From a phage, in sequence record PV935351.1: 39,767 nt of DNA; one strand, written 5' to 3'. Positions within the stretch are counted from its first letter, which is position 1. Each line of letters opens with the position of its first letter. Under the pieces are notes generated by a model. It made no database searches. It was not told the origin of the DNA and saw only the letters and a program-made list of their open reading frames with translations. Both the position numbers and the translations under genes were made by a program. Shown here piece by piece: positions 17,581 to 26,531 of the stretch.

Positions 17581-17805
17581 ATGTGTTTCAGTCCAAAGAT
17601 TAGCACTCCGAAGCCTTCGGTCCAAGCGCCTGAACCAGCACCTCTGAGTGAGGAAGTTGCGTCAGTTGACATCGGGGCTGAATCGGATGTGGGCACCAAC
17701 GAGACCAAAGGTATCAAAGACCTGAAGGTCAAGAAGGAGTCTGCACCTAAAGATAAATCGTCAGTAAGTCGCGCTATGCGTAACTCTGGCGTCAACATGG
17801 GGTAA
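17581..17805 (+). CDS. 6.7: gp6.7-like virion protein
   Basis: 74 aa; MCFSPKI...EPAPL matches the recalled T7 gp6.7 N-terminus. Confidence 0.8.
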   Translation: MCFSPKISTPKPSVQAPEPAPLSEEVASVDIGAESDVGTNETKGIKDLKVKKESAPKDKSSVSRAMRNSGVNMG

Positions 17806-17809
17806 GACA

Positions 17810-18214
17810 ATGCTACCATATCTCAACTCACGCGAAGGTCGCCACATGTGCGCTTGTCGCCTCTGGGAAGACGGGCAGTCTAACTTCAAGTCATTCGAGG
17901 ACTTCAAGGCTCATACTTACCGTATGGCTGACGAGTTCGACGGTGAAGAATACACAATCTACGATGTATCAGGTCAACCAGTAGCGTATCTCTACATGCT
18001 GGCTACCGCATCTTGGCACAGACCGACTCCCGGTCTTGACCTTTCAATCGTCGCTATTCGTCGTGACTCGCAGTCCTCCCGCAAGGTTCTTGAGACTGTC
18101 AGACACATCATAGACGAAGAGTGCAAGCGTTGGGGTCTTGGCTGGTATTCTCGTGTCAAGCATGTTTCTGGGTCGGTAGACATCTTAACAACTAAGGAGA
18201 TTAACCGTGGGTAA
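17810..18214 (+). CDS. 7: gp7-like protein
   Basis: 134 aa; assigned by size and position (T7 gene 7 is 133 aa). Confidence 0.65.
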   Translation: MLPYLNSREGRHMCACRLWEDGQSNFKSFEDFKAHTYRMADEFDGEEYTIYDVSGQPVAYLYMLATASWHRPTPGLDLSIVAIRRDSQSSRKVLETVRHIIDEECKRWGLGWYSRVKHVSGSVDILTTKEINRG

Positions 18215-18455
18215 ATCAATCAGTAAGGCTTTCAAGAAAGTGGTTAAAAGTACGTTAGGGACAGTAGGTCTTGGCTCTGACGATGCACCTAAGGTTGTTG
18301 AGGCCCAGACCCCAGCAGCACCAGTGGAAGTACCGAACGATAAAGTGGAAGATGTGGATACCGAAGCAACCGCATCTGACGAGAAGAAAGTGAAGCGTTC
18401 AGGTAAGCGTAGCCTTCAGGTCTCTCGCACCTCTGGTGGCGGTATTTCTATTTAA
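18207..18455 (+). CDS. 7.3: gp7.3-like tail/adsorption protein
   Basis: 82 aa from GTG 18207 (AAGGAGA RBS); N-terminal MGK and C-terminal SGKRSLQVSRTSGGGISI match recalled T7 gp7.3 (...KKSLSVARSSGGGINI). Confidence 0.8.
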   Translation: MGKSISKAFKKVVKSTLGTVGLGSDDAPKVVEAQTPAAPVEVPNDKVEDVDTEATASDEKKVKRSGKRSLQVSRTSGGGISI

Positions 18456-18466
18456 GGAGGTGACTA

Positions 18467-20035
18467 ATGGCTGAACGTGAAGGGTTCGCTGCTGAAGGAG
18501 CCAAAGCGGTCTATGACCGCCTGAAGAACGGTAGACAGCCATATGAGACACGCGCTCAGAATTGTGCTGCTGTCACTATCCCGTCACTGTTTCCTAAGGA
18601 GTCCGACAACTCGTCTACTGAGTACACCACTCCGTGGCAAGCTGTAGGTGCTCGCTGTTTGAACAACTTGGCTGCAAAGCTGATGTTGGCGTTATTCCCT
18701 CAGTCACCGTGGATGCGACTTACAGTCTCCGAATATGAGGCTAAGACCTTGAGTCAGGACTCAGAGGCTGCTGCTCGTGTTGACGAGGGGCTTGCTATGG
18801 TCGAGCGTGTGTTGATGGCCTACATGGAGACAAACAGTTTCCGTGTGCCATTGTTCGAAGCTCTGAAACAGCTTATAGTCTCCGGTAACTGTCTGCTCTA
18901 CATTCCAGAGCCTGAACAGGGAACCTACAGTCCCATGCGAATGTACCGCTTAGTGTCTTACGTTGTTCAACGTGATGCGTTCGGTAACATCTTGCAGATT
19001 GTGACTCTCGACAAGGTAGCGTTTAGTGCTCTACCGGAAGACGTGAAGTCTCAACTCAACGCAGACGACTATGAGCCTGACACCGAGCTGGAAGTGTATA
19101 CGCACATTTACCGTCAGGACGACGAATATCTACGCTACGAGGAAGTGGAAGGCATTGAGGTAGCAGGGACCGATGGTTCTTACCCACTGACTGCCTGTCC
19201 ATACATCCCGGTACGAATGGTTCGACTGGACGGTGAAGACTATGGTCGCTCTTATTGCGAGGAGTATCTGGGAGACCTGAACTCGCTGGAGACGATTACA
19301 GAAGCTATCACCAAAATGGCTAAGGTAGCCTCCAAGGTGGTGGGCCTCGTTAACCCGAACGGTATCACGCAACCTCGTCGTCTGAACAAGGCGGCTACAG
19401 GTGAGTTCGTGGCTGGTCGCGTTGAGGACATCAACTTCCTGCAACTGACGAAAGGTCAGGACTTTACGATTGCCAAGTCGGTGGCTGATGCTATCGAGCA
19501 ACGTTTAGGCTGGGCCTTCCTTCTTAATAGTGCTGTTCAGCGTAATGCCGAGCGAGTCACTGCTGAAGAGATTCGTTACGTTGCTGGTGAACTGGAGGCG
19601 ACCTTAGGTGGCGTGTACTCTGTACAGTCACAAGAGCTTCAGTTACCTATCGTCCGTGTGCTGATGAACCAACTTCAGTCTGCTGGCATGATTCCTGACC
19701 TTCCGAAAGAAGCGGTTGAGCCTACGGTATCCACTGGTCTGGAAGCGTTAGGTCGTGGTCAGGACTTGGAGAAGCTAACTCAGGCAGTCAACATGATGAC
19801 CGGGCTACAGCCTCTGCAACAGGACCCAGACATTAACTTGCCCACCCTTAAGCTGCGACTGCTGAATGCCTTAGGCATTGATACTGCTGGTCTTCTGCTG
19901 ACTCAGGACGAAAAGATGCAACGTATTGCTGAACAATCCGCTCAAGGAGCTGTGGTCAACGGTGCGTCTGCTGCTGGTGCTAATATGGGCGCTGCTGTAG
20001 GTCAGGGAGCTGGTGAGGACATGGCTCAAGCCTAA
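18467..20035 (+). CDS. 8: head-to-tail connector (portal) protein
   Basis: 522 aa; PYETRAQNCA, TPWQAVGAR, YRLVSYVVQRDAFGN, ACPYIPVRMVRLDGEDYGRSY match recalled T7 gp8. Confidence 0.97.
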   Translation: MAEREGFAAEGAKAVYDRLKNGRQPYETRAQNCAAVTIPSLFPKESDNSSTEYTTPWQAVGARCLNNLAAKLMLALFPQSPWMRLTVSEYEAKTLSQDSEAAARVDEGLAMVERVLMAYMETNSFRVPLFEALKQLIVSGNCLLYIPEPEQGTYSPMRMYRLVSYVVQRDAFGNILQIVTLDKVAFSALPEDVKSQLNADDYEPDTELEVYTHIYRQDDEYLRYEEVEGIEVAGTDGSYPLTACPYIPVRMVRLDGEDYGRSYCEEYLGDLNSLETITEAITKMAKVASKVVGLVNPNGITQPRRLNKAATGEFVAGRVEDINFLQLTKGQDFTIAKSVADAIEQRLGWAFLLNSAVQRNAERVTAEEIRYVAGELEATLGGVYSVQSQELQLPIVRVLMNQLQSAGMIPDLPKEAVEPTVSTGLEALGRGQDLEKLTQAVNMMTGLQPLQQDPDINLPTLKLRLLNALGIDTAGLLLTQDEKMQRIAEQSAQGAVVNGASAAGANMGAAVGQGAGEDMAQA

Positions 20036-20053
20036 ACTATCACTATAGGAACT
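20031..20053 (+). promoter_or_regulatory. phage RNAP promoter
   Basis: CCTAAACTATCACTATAGGAAC, +1 G at 20048; the transcript 5' end (ATAGGAAC) can pair with GTTCCTAT at 20097-20104. Confidence 0.8.
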
Positions 20054-20131
20054 TAGACAAGATTCGCAAAGCATTAGGCCGGGTGAGACTCCCGGTCGGT
20101 TCCTATCATCAACTTAAAGGAGAATGACTCA

Positions 20132-21016
20132 ATGTCTCAATCAGTTTATGCCGAGTTCGGCGTTAGCTCTAATGCAATCACTGGTTCCGTTGAGGACCTG
20201 AACGAACACCAGAAGTCTATGCTTGAACAGGACGTAGCTGTTCGTGATGGCGATGACGCTATTACCTTCAAGCAACTGGAAGCCGAAAACGAAGAGGCGA
20301 CCGAAGAAGACGAGAACGTCGAAGAGACTGAGGGTGCTGAAGACAACGAGTCCGATGACGAAGAGTCTGAGACCGATGGTGAGCAGCCTGAGTTCATCGA
20401 ACTAGGTGATGCACCGAAAGAGCTTACCGAAAGTGTCACCGCTCTGGATGAAAACGAAGCTGCATTTGACGACATGGTGTCTTCTGCTGTAGAAGCTGGC
20501 AAGGTCACTGCTGATGAAATTACCGCTATCAAGGCTGAATACGCCAAGGACGGTAAGCTGTCTGACGCATCCTACGCTAAGTTGCAGGAAGCAGGTTACA
20601 CCAAGCGTTTCGTAGATTCGTTTGTCCGTGGTCAGGAAGCTCTTGCTGAACAGTATGCTGCTGGTGTGGTTCGCTACGCTGGTGGTGCTGAACAGTTTAA
20701 TCGCATCCTGTCACACCTTGAGTCCAACGACCCGTCAACTCGTGAAGCACTGGAAGCTGCTATCGTTCGTAAGGACATTGCGACTACCAAAGCTCTGCTG
20801 AATCTGGCTGGCAAGACTCTGGGTAAAGCTGTGGGTGTTAAACCTCAGCGTACCATCACCACTCAGGCTAAACCTGTGGTCGCACCTAAGGCTCCTCAGA
20901 CCGAAGCATTCAGCTCCAAGGCTGACATGATTAAGGCTATGAGTGACCCGCGATACCTGCGTGACGCTAAGTACACGATGGAAGTTCGCGCTAAGGTAGC
21001 TGCCTCAAGCCTGTAG
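20132..21016 (+). CDS. 9: capsid assembly (scaffolding) protein
   Basis: 294 aa, highly acidic; FGV, VAVRDGDDAI, GYTKRFVDSFVRGQEAL, KAMSDPRY match recalled T7 gp9. Confidence 0.95.
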   Translation: MSQSVYAEFGVSSNAITGSVEDLNEHQKSMLEQDVAVRDGDDAITFKQLEAENEEATEEDENVEETEGAEDNESDDEESETDGEQPEFIELGDAPKELTESVTALDENEAAFDDMVSSAVEAGKVTADEITAIKAEYAKDGKLSDASYAKLQEAGYTKRFVDSFVRGQEALAEQYAAGVVRYAGGAEQFNRILSHLESNDPSTREALEAAIVRKDIATTKALLNLAGKTLGKAVGVKPQRTITTQAKPVVAPKAPQTEAFSSKADMIKAMSDPRYLRDAKYTMEVRAKVAASSL

Positions 21017-21017
21017 G

Positions 21018-21040
21018 ACTAAACTATCACTATAGGGAGA
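21018..21040 (+). promoter_or_regulatory. phage RNAP promoter for the major capsid gene (phi10-like)
   Basis: CTAAACTATCACTATAGGGAGACC; +1 to +8 GGGAGACC as in T7 phi10; leader stem GGGAGACC / GGTTCCCC; RBS AGGAGA...CATATG. Confidence 0.9.
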
Positions 21041-21142
21041 CCAAGAGAAAGACTCAAGGTTCCCCTATTACTTCAGTCCATACGGATTGGGCGTACAGTA
21101 AGTAATATACTTTATCTTTCAATTGAATAGGAGAATTATCAT

Positions 21143-22186
21143 ATGGCAAACGTTCCGGGTCAGAAAGTAGGTACAGACCAAGGCAAAGGTAAATCTGGTT
21201 CCGACGCTCTGGCGTTGTTCCTGAAGGTCTTTGCTGGCGAAGTCCTGACCGCATTCACTCGCCGCTCTGTAACTGCTGACAAGCATATTGTCCGTACCAT
21301 TCAGAACGGTAAGTCTGCTCAGTTCCCGGTCATGGGTCGCACCTCTGGTGTGTATCTGGCTCCGGGTGAGCGACTGTCCGATAAGCGTAAAGGTATCAAA
21401 CATACCGAGAAAAATATTACCATTGATGGTCTGCTGACTGCCGATGTGATGATTTTCGACATTGAAGACGCGATGAACCACTACGACGTGGCTGGCGAGT
21501 ATTCCAACCAGTTGGGTGAAGCTCTGGCTATCGCTGCTGATGGTGCGGTGCTGGCTGAAATGGCGATCCTGTGTAACCTCCCGGCTGCATCCAACGAGAA
21601 CATCGCTGGTCTGGGCACTGCGTCCGTACTGGAAGTTGGTAAGAAAGCTAACCTCGGCACCCCGGCTAAACTGGGTGAAGCAATCATTGGTCAACTGACC
21701 ATTGCTCGTGCGAAGCTGACCTCCAACTACGTTCCTGCTGGCGACCGTTACTTCTACACCACGCCTGACAACTACTCTGCGATCCTCGCTGCTCTGATGC
21801 CGAACGCTGCTAACTATGCTGCGCTGATTGACCCAGAGACTGGTAACATCCGTAACGTGATGGGCTTCGTTGTTGTTGAAGTTCCGCATCTGGTACAGGG
21901 TGGTGCAGGTGAGACCCGTGGTGAAGATGGTATCACTATCGCTTCCGGTCAGAAACACGCATTCCCGGCGACTGCTGCTGGCGACGTTAAAGTTGCTATG
22001 GACAACGTTGTTGGCCTGTTCTCTCACCGTTCTGCTGTGGGTACTGTGAAGCTGCGTGACTTGGCGCTGGAACGTGACCGTGACGTCGATGCTCAGGGCG
22101 ACCTGATTGTTGGTAAATACGCTATGGGTCACGGCGGTCTGCGTCCTGAAGCGGCTGGCGCACTGGTTTTCAGTCCAGCGTCGTAA
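21143..22186 (+). CDS. 10: major capsid protein 10A
   Basis: 347 aa; DALALFLKVFAGEVLTAF, KSAQFPV, YLAPGE, KHTEKNITIDGLLTADV, DIEDAMNHYDV, LMPNAANYAALIDPE, HRSAVGTVKLRDLALER, KYAMGHGGLRPEAAGA match recalled T7 gp10A. Confidence 0.98.
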   Translation: MANVPGQKVGTDQGKGKSGSDALALFLKVFAGEVLTAFTRRSVTADKHIVRTIQNGKSAQFPVMGRTSGVYLAPGERLSDKRKGIKHTEKNITIDGLLTADVMIFDIEDAMNHYDVAGEYSNQLGEALAIAADGAVLAEMAILCNLPAASNENIAGLGTASVLEVGKKANLGTPAKLGEAIIGQLTIARAKLTSNYVPAGDRYFYTTPDNYSAILAALMPNAANYAALIDPETGNIRNVMGFVVVEVPHLVQGGAGETRGEDGITIASGQKHAFPATAAGDVKVAMDNVVGLFSHRSAVGTVKLRDLALERDRDVDAQGDLIVGKYAMGHGGLRPEAAGALVFSPAS

Positions 22187-22317
22187 GCACCTTTAGCCAA
22201 CCTAACGTCGCTACAGTAGCGGCTGTACCTGAAGAGGAGACTCTAACTCCTCAACAGAAAGCTGCGCGTACTCGTGCTGCGAACAGGGCCGCTAAACTGG
22301 CTGAGTCCAACAACTAA
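22165..22317 (+). CDS. 10: C-terminal extension of minor capsid protein 10B, reached by programmed -1 frameshift
   Basis: GGTTTTC (22165-22171), 5 codons before the 10A stop; the -1 frame stays open for 48 codons to TAA at 22315-22317. Confidence 0.6.
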   Translation, partial: GFQSSVVSTFSQPNVATVAAVPEEETLTPQQKAARTRAANRAAKLAESNN

Positions 22318-22321
22318 TTGA

Positions 22322-22361
22322 AACCCCTTGGGTGCCTTCGGGTGCTTGAGGGGTTTTTTTG
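22322..22361 (+). terminator. late terminator (Tphi-like)
   Basis: AACCCCTTGGG...CTTGAGGGGTTTTTTTG; GC-rich hairpin plus U7 tract, close to recalled T7 Tphi. Confidence 0.85.
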
Positions 22362-22373
22362 CTTAAAGTGAGG

Positions 22374-22469
22374 ATGATTATGTTTTACTTACTTACAGCC
22401 TTGGGACTATTTGTTAGTTTCTGGGCGATTATATTATTAACCGGACCATGCAGTCCTTACGACAGATAG
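22374..22469 (+). CDS. hypothetical small hydrophobic peptide between Tphi and gene 11
   Basis: 31 aa MIMFYLLTALGLFVSFWAIILLTGPCSPYDR; GTGAGGATG RBS; one predicted TM helix. Confidence 0.35.
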   Translation: MIMFYLLTALGLFVSFWAIILLTGPCSPYDR

Positions 22470-22477
22470 GAGGGAGT

Positions 22478-23044
22478 ATGGCTCAATACATTCCACTGAA
22501 TGCTAACGATGACTTAGACGCTATCAACGATATGTTAGCTGCTATCGGTGAACCGGCAGTCCTACAGCTTGACGAGGGGAACGCTGACGTCTCGAACGCC
22601 CAACGTATCCTGCATCGTGTCAATCGTCAGGTCCAAGCTAAAGGCTGGAACTTTAACATCAACGAAGCTGCTGTCCTGACACCTGATGTCCAAGACAATA
22701 GGATTCGATTCTTGCCGTCATACCTTCGTGTAATGACCGCTGGGGCCACCAGCTACTACAGCAACATGGGTGGATACCTGTACGACCTGTCCACTCAGTC
22801 GACCACTTTCACCGACCCTATCACGGTAGAGCTTGTGGAGATGAAGCCATTCTCAGAGATGCCTGTGGTCTTCAGGGACTACATCGTCACTAAAGCTAGC
22901 CGTGAGTTCAACGCTAAGTTCTTCGGTAGCCCAGAGTCTGAACTGTACCTTCGTGAGCAGGAAGCAGAACTCTATCAGCAGGTCATGGAATACGAGATGG
23001 ATACTGGTCGCTACAACATGATGTCCGACATTGGGAGAGACTAA
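22478..23044 (+). CDS. 11: tail tubular protein A
   Basis: 188 aa from ATG 22478 (AGGAGGGAG RBS); GEP, VMTAGATSYYSNMGGYLYD, IVTKASREFNAKFFG, EYEMD match recalled T7 gp11. Confidence 0.93.
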   Translation: MAQYIPLNANDDLDAINDMLAAIGEPAVLQLDEGNADVSNAQRILHRVNRQVQAKGWNFNINEAAVLTPDVQDNRIRFLPSYLRVMTAGATSYYSNMGGYLYDLSTQSTTFTDPITVELVEMKPFSEMPVVFRDYIVTKASREFNAKFFGSPESELYLREQEAELYQQVMEYEMDTGRYNMMSDIGRD

Positions 23045-25401
23045 TGCCACTAATTACTCAATCAATCAAGAACCTTAAGGGTGGCATTAGCCAACAGCCT
23101 GACATACTGAGGTTCTCAGACCAAGGCGAGTCACAGGTTAACTGCTGGTCATCAGAGAGTGATGGCCTCCAGAAGCGTCCACCTACAGTCTTCAAGCGAC
23201 GTCTTAACATCGACGTTGGGAGCAACCCTAAGTTCCACCTGATTAACCGTGATGAGCATGAGCAGTATTACATCGTGTTCAATGGGTCCAACATTCAGGT
23301 AGTTGACTTGAGTGGTAATCAATACTCAGTGTCAGGTGCGGTAGATTACGTTAAGTCCTCCAACCCACGAGATGACATCCGTGTCGTTACCGTGGCAGAC
23401 TATACGTTCGTCGTTAACCGTAAGGTTGTCGTCAAAGGTGGAAGCGAGAAGTCACACTCTGGTTATAACCGCAAAGCACGAGCTTTAATTAACCTGCGTG
23501 GTGGACAGTATGGTCGAACCCTTAAGGTGGGAATCAACGGTGGCGTTAAGGTATCGCATAAGCTACCAGCAGGTAATGATGCCGAGAATGACCCGCCTAA
23601 GGTGGACGCTCAAGCCATTGGTGCAGCTCTGAGAGACCTTCTTGTTACTGCCTACCCTACCTTCACGTTTGGCCTTGGGTCTGGATTCCTGCTAATCACA
23701 GCTCCTTCAGGGACCGATATTAACTCAGTGGAGACGGAGGATGGCTACGCTAACCAGCTAATAAGCCCAGTCCTAGACACTGTGCAGACAATCTCTAAGC
23801 TGCCTCTTGCGGCTCCAAATGGATACATCATTAAGATTCAAGGTGAGACCAACAGTAGCGCCGATGAATACTACGTGATGTATGACTCCAACACTAAGAC
23901 GTGGAAGGAGACAGTGGAGCCGGGAGTTGTCACTGGGTTCGATAACACCACAATGCCACACGCTCTGGTACGACAAGCTGATGGCTCCTTTGAGTTCAAG
24001 ACTCTGGATTGGTCCAAGCGTGGTTCTGGTAACGATGACACAAACCCTATGCCTAGCTTCGTGGATGCTGCGATTAATGATGTGTTCTTCTACAGGAACA
24101 GACTTGGGTTCTTGTCGGGTGAGAACGTAATCATGAGCCGTTCAGCCAGCTACTTTTCGTTCTTCCCTAAGAGTGTGGCGACACTGAGTGATGATGACCC
24201 TATTGATGTAGCTGTAAGTCACCCTCGAATCTCAATCCTTAAGTATGCCGTTCCGTTTAGCGAGCAGCTGCTACTTTGGTCGGATGAGGTTCAGTTCGTG
24301 ATGACAAGCTCTGGGGTCCTTACCTCGAAGTCTATCCAGCTTGATGTAGGCTCAGAGTTTGCCTTAGGCGACAATGCCAGACCGTTCGCTGTAGGACGCT
24401 CAGTCTTCTTCTCGGCTCCTCGTGGGTCATTCACCAGCATTAAGCGATACTTCGCTGTAGCTGATGTGTCTGATGTGAAGGATGCTGATGATACAACCGG
24501 TCACGTATTGTCCTACATCCCTAACGGGGTGTTTGATATTCAAGGTACAGGGACTGAGAACTACATCTGCGTCAACTCTACAGGTGCATACAACCGTATC
24601 TACATCTACAAGTTCTTGTTTAAGGATGGCGTACAACTTCAAGCCTCTTGGTCACACTGGGAGTTCCCTAAAGATGATAAGATTCTGGCGTCTGCCTCTA
24701 TTGGCTCTACCATGTTCATCGTTCGTCAGCATCAAGGAGGGGTAGACATTGAGCACCTTAAGTTCATCAAGGAGGCAACTGACTTCCCGTCAGAGCCATA
24801 TAGACTACACATTGACTCCAAGGTGTCTATGGTAATTCCAATTGGCTCATATAATGCTGACACCTATAAGACTACGGTTGACATTGGTGCTGCTTATGGT
24901 GGCAACGCTCCGTCTCCCGGTCGGTACTATCTGATTGACAGTCAGGGTGCTTATGTGGACCTTGGGGACTTGACCAGTATCTCTACTGTGATTACCCTCA
25001 ACGGCGATTGGTCAGGACGTACAGTGTTCATCGGACGGCCCTATCTGATGTCCTACAAGTTCTCACGGTTCCTGATTAAGATTGAAGATGATAGTGGCAC
25101 TCAGTCTGAAGACACTGGTCGTCTACAGCTTCGTCGGGCCTGGGTCAACTACAAGGACACTGGCGCTCTGAGACTCATTGTCAGAAACGGTGAGCGAGAG
25201 TTCGTTAACACCTTTAATGGGTACACCCTTGGTCAGCAAACCATAGGGACTACTAACATTGGTGACGGGCAGTATCGCTTCGCTATGAATGGTAACGCAT
25301 TAACCACGAGTCTAACCTTAGAGTCGGATTATCCTACCCCAGTGTCCATCGTTGGGTGTGGCTGGGAGGCGTCATACGCTAAGAAAGCTCGTTCCGTCTA
25401 A
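23044..25401 (+). CDS. 12: tail tubular protein B
   Basis: 785 aa; QSIKNLKGGISQQPDILR, HLINRDEHEQYY, VTVADYTFVVNR, RLQLRRAWVNY, GCGWE match recalled T7 gp12. Confidence 0.97.
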   Translation: MPLITQSIKNLKGGISQQPDILRFSDQGESQVNCWSSESDGLQKRPPTVFKRRLNIDVGSNPKFHLINRDEHEQYYIVFNGSNIQVVDLSGNQYSVSGAVDYVKSSNPRDDIRVVTVADYTFVVNRKVVVKGGSEKSHSGYNRKARALINLRGGQYGRTLKVGINGGVKVSHKLPAGNDAENDPPKVDAQAIGAALRDLLVTAYPTFTFGLGSGFLLITAPSGTDINSVETEDGYANQLISPVLDTVQTISKLPLAAPNGYIIKIQGETNSSADEYYVMYDSNTKTWKETVEPGVVTGFDNTTMPHALVRQADGSFEFKTLDWSKRGSGNDDTNPMPSFVDAAINDVFFYRNRLGFLSGENVIMSRSASYFSFFPKSVATLSDDDPIDVAVSHPRISILKYAVPFSEQLLLWSDEVQFVMTSSGVLTSKSIQLDVGSEFALGDNARPFAVGRSVFFSAPRGSFTSIKRYFAVADVSDVKDADDTTGHVLSYIPNGVFDIQGTGTENYICVNSTGAYNRIYIYKFLFKDGVQLQASWSHWEFPKDDKILASASIGSTMFIVRQHQGGVDIEHLKFIKEATDFPSEPYRLHIDSKVSMVIPIGSYNADTYKTTVDIGAAYGGNAPSPGRYYLIDSQGAYVDLGDLTSISTVITLNGDWSGRTVFIGRPYLMSYKFSRFLIKIEDDSGTQSEDTGRLQLRRAWVNYKDTGALRLIVRNGEREFVNTFNGYTLGQQTIGTTNIGDGQYRFAMNGNALTTSLTLESDYPTPVSIVGCGWEASYAKKARSV

Positions 25402-25408
25402 CTTATTG

Positions 25409-25458
25409 AAGGGCCTATAGATTTACCTTAACTATCACTATAGGGACTATAGGCCCTT
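25409..25458 (+). other. 12-bp perfect inverted repeat enclosing the gene 13 promoter (candidate RNase III site)
   Basis: AAGGGCCTATAG (25409-25420) / CTATAGGCCCTT (25447-25458), 26-nt loop containing promoter positions -17 to +3. Confidence 0.6.
25426..25448 (+). promoter_or_regulatory. phage RNAP promoter
   Basis: CCTTAACTATCACTATAGGGAC, +1 G at 25443. Confidence 0.8.
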
Positions 25459-25477
25459 AAGGTTATAAGGAGACTTT

Positions 25478-25954
25478 ATGTATATTCGCAAGGCTACGGA
25501 ACCAGATGTCCACTACTTTCTGCGGCATCTTTCAGCAGATGATGTTAATGAGTGCAAAGCAAACTACGGGTCAACCGTTGGTCTCTCTGAAAGACTGCTT
25601 AAGCACCTATCTCCGTCATCTGTGGTTTTAACGAACGGTGTAGGCGAAGTGTTTGCCTATGGTGGAAACCAAGGGGATAACGTATGGTTCTTGACTTCTG
25701 GTCTTGTCTATAAGCTGAGACCTAAAGAGAAGCGAGAGTTCATAAAGCGTATCTCTGAGTACAGGGACTTAATGTTAGACCAATACGGGACCATCTGGAA
25801 CTACGTGTGGTCAGGCACTAAGTCTCACATTAAATTCTTGAAGTTGCTTGGGGCTAAGTTCCATGATGATTGGACTGTAAGTCCGGTAACTGGTGAGCGT
25901 TTTCAACTATTCACTATCTCTAAGGAGGACGTATGTGCGAGCCAATTAGCATAG
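25478..25954 (+). CDS. 13: internal virion protein, gp13 position
   Basis: 158 aa; assigned by synteny between genes 12 and 14; GGAG RBS. No motif matched from memory. Confidence 0.7.
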   Translation: MYIRKATEPDVHYFLRHLSADDVNECKANYGSTVGLSERLLKHLSPSSVVLTNGVGEVFAYGGNQGDNVWFLTSGLVYKLRPKEKREFIKRISEYRDLMLDQYGTIWNYVWSGTKSHIKFLKLLGAKFHDDWTVSPVTGERFQLFTISKEDVCASQLA

Positions 25955-26520
25955 GCATGGGTGTACTGTCTGTAGCCGGGGCCACTATGTCCGCATCCCA
26001 GCAGGCCAAGGCCGAAGGTGCAGCAATTGACGCTCAGAACCGACAGGCTCAGGAAATGGTTAAGCAGATGAACTACTCTGACGCCAACCTGAAGATGCAG
26101 GAGCGAGACCTGAAGGAGCAGCAGATGGCTGAACTGACAGAGACAACGCTCAACGGTATCCGCAATCAGGGTATGGTCAGAGCTGCGGTGGCTGAGTCCG
26201 GTCTGGAAGGTAACTCTATGGACAGGATTGAACGTCAGGTAGAAGGAGATACCGTCAAAGAGCGGGCAGGGATTACCGAAAGTTACAACCGCGACTATGC
26301 GGCTATCTTCGGGAACCGTATCGCCAACATTGAGAACACCAAGTCTGCTATCCGTGGTCAAGGTAAAATCATCAAGACCAGCCCACTGGCCCATGCACTT
26401 AATGTTGCTAACGCCGGGATGCAAGGTTACGCCGCTGGTAAGTCAATCTCTGGAGCGTCCAGCTCTGGTGGTGCTGCACCAATTAGTGCTGCTAAAGGCA
26501 CACCTACAGGTCATAGCTAA
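25933..26520 (+). CDS. 14: internal virion protein B
   Basis: 195 aa; MC start, LEGNSMDRIERQVEG, NYNRDYAAIF, ISAAKGT resemble recalled T7 gp14. Confidence 0.9.
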   Translation: MCEPISIGMGVLSVAGATMSASQQAKAEGAAIDAQNRQAQEMVKQMNYSDANLKMQERDLKEQQMAELTETTLNGIRNQGMVRAAVAESGLEGNSMDRIERQVEGDTVKERAGITESYNRDYAAIFGNRIANIENTKSAIRGQGKIIKTSPLAHALNVANAGMQGYAAGKSISGASSSGGAAPISAAKGTPTGHS

Positions 26521-26531
26521 GAGGAGGACTA

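Noticed and set aside
21119-22132. 337-aa ORF on the minus strand opposite the major capsid gene
   Set aside because: Antisense to a near-certain, highly conserved gene; no RBS; all verified genes are on the + strand; an open antisense frame is expected from the codon bias of the capsid gene.
25903-26424. 173-aa minus-strand ORF opposite gene 14
   Set aside because: Antisense to a recognisable gp14 homologue; judged spurious.
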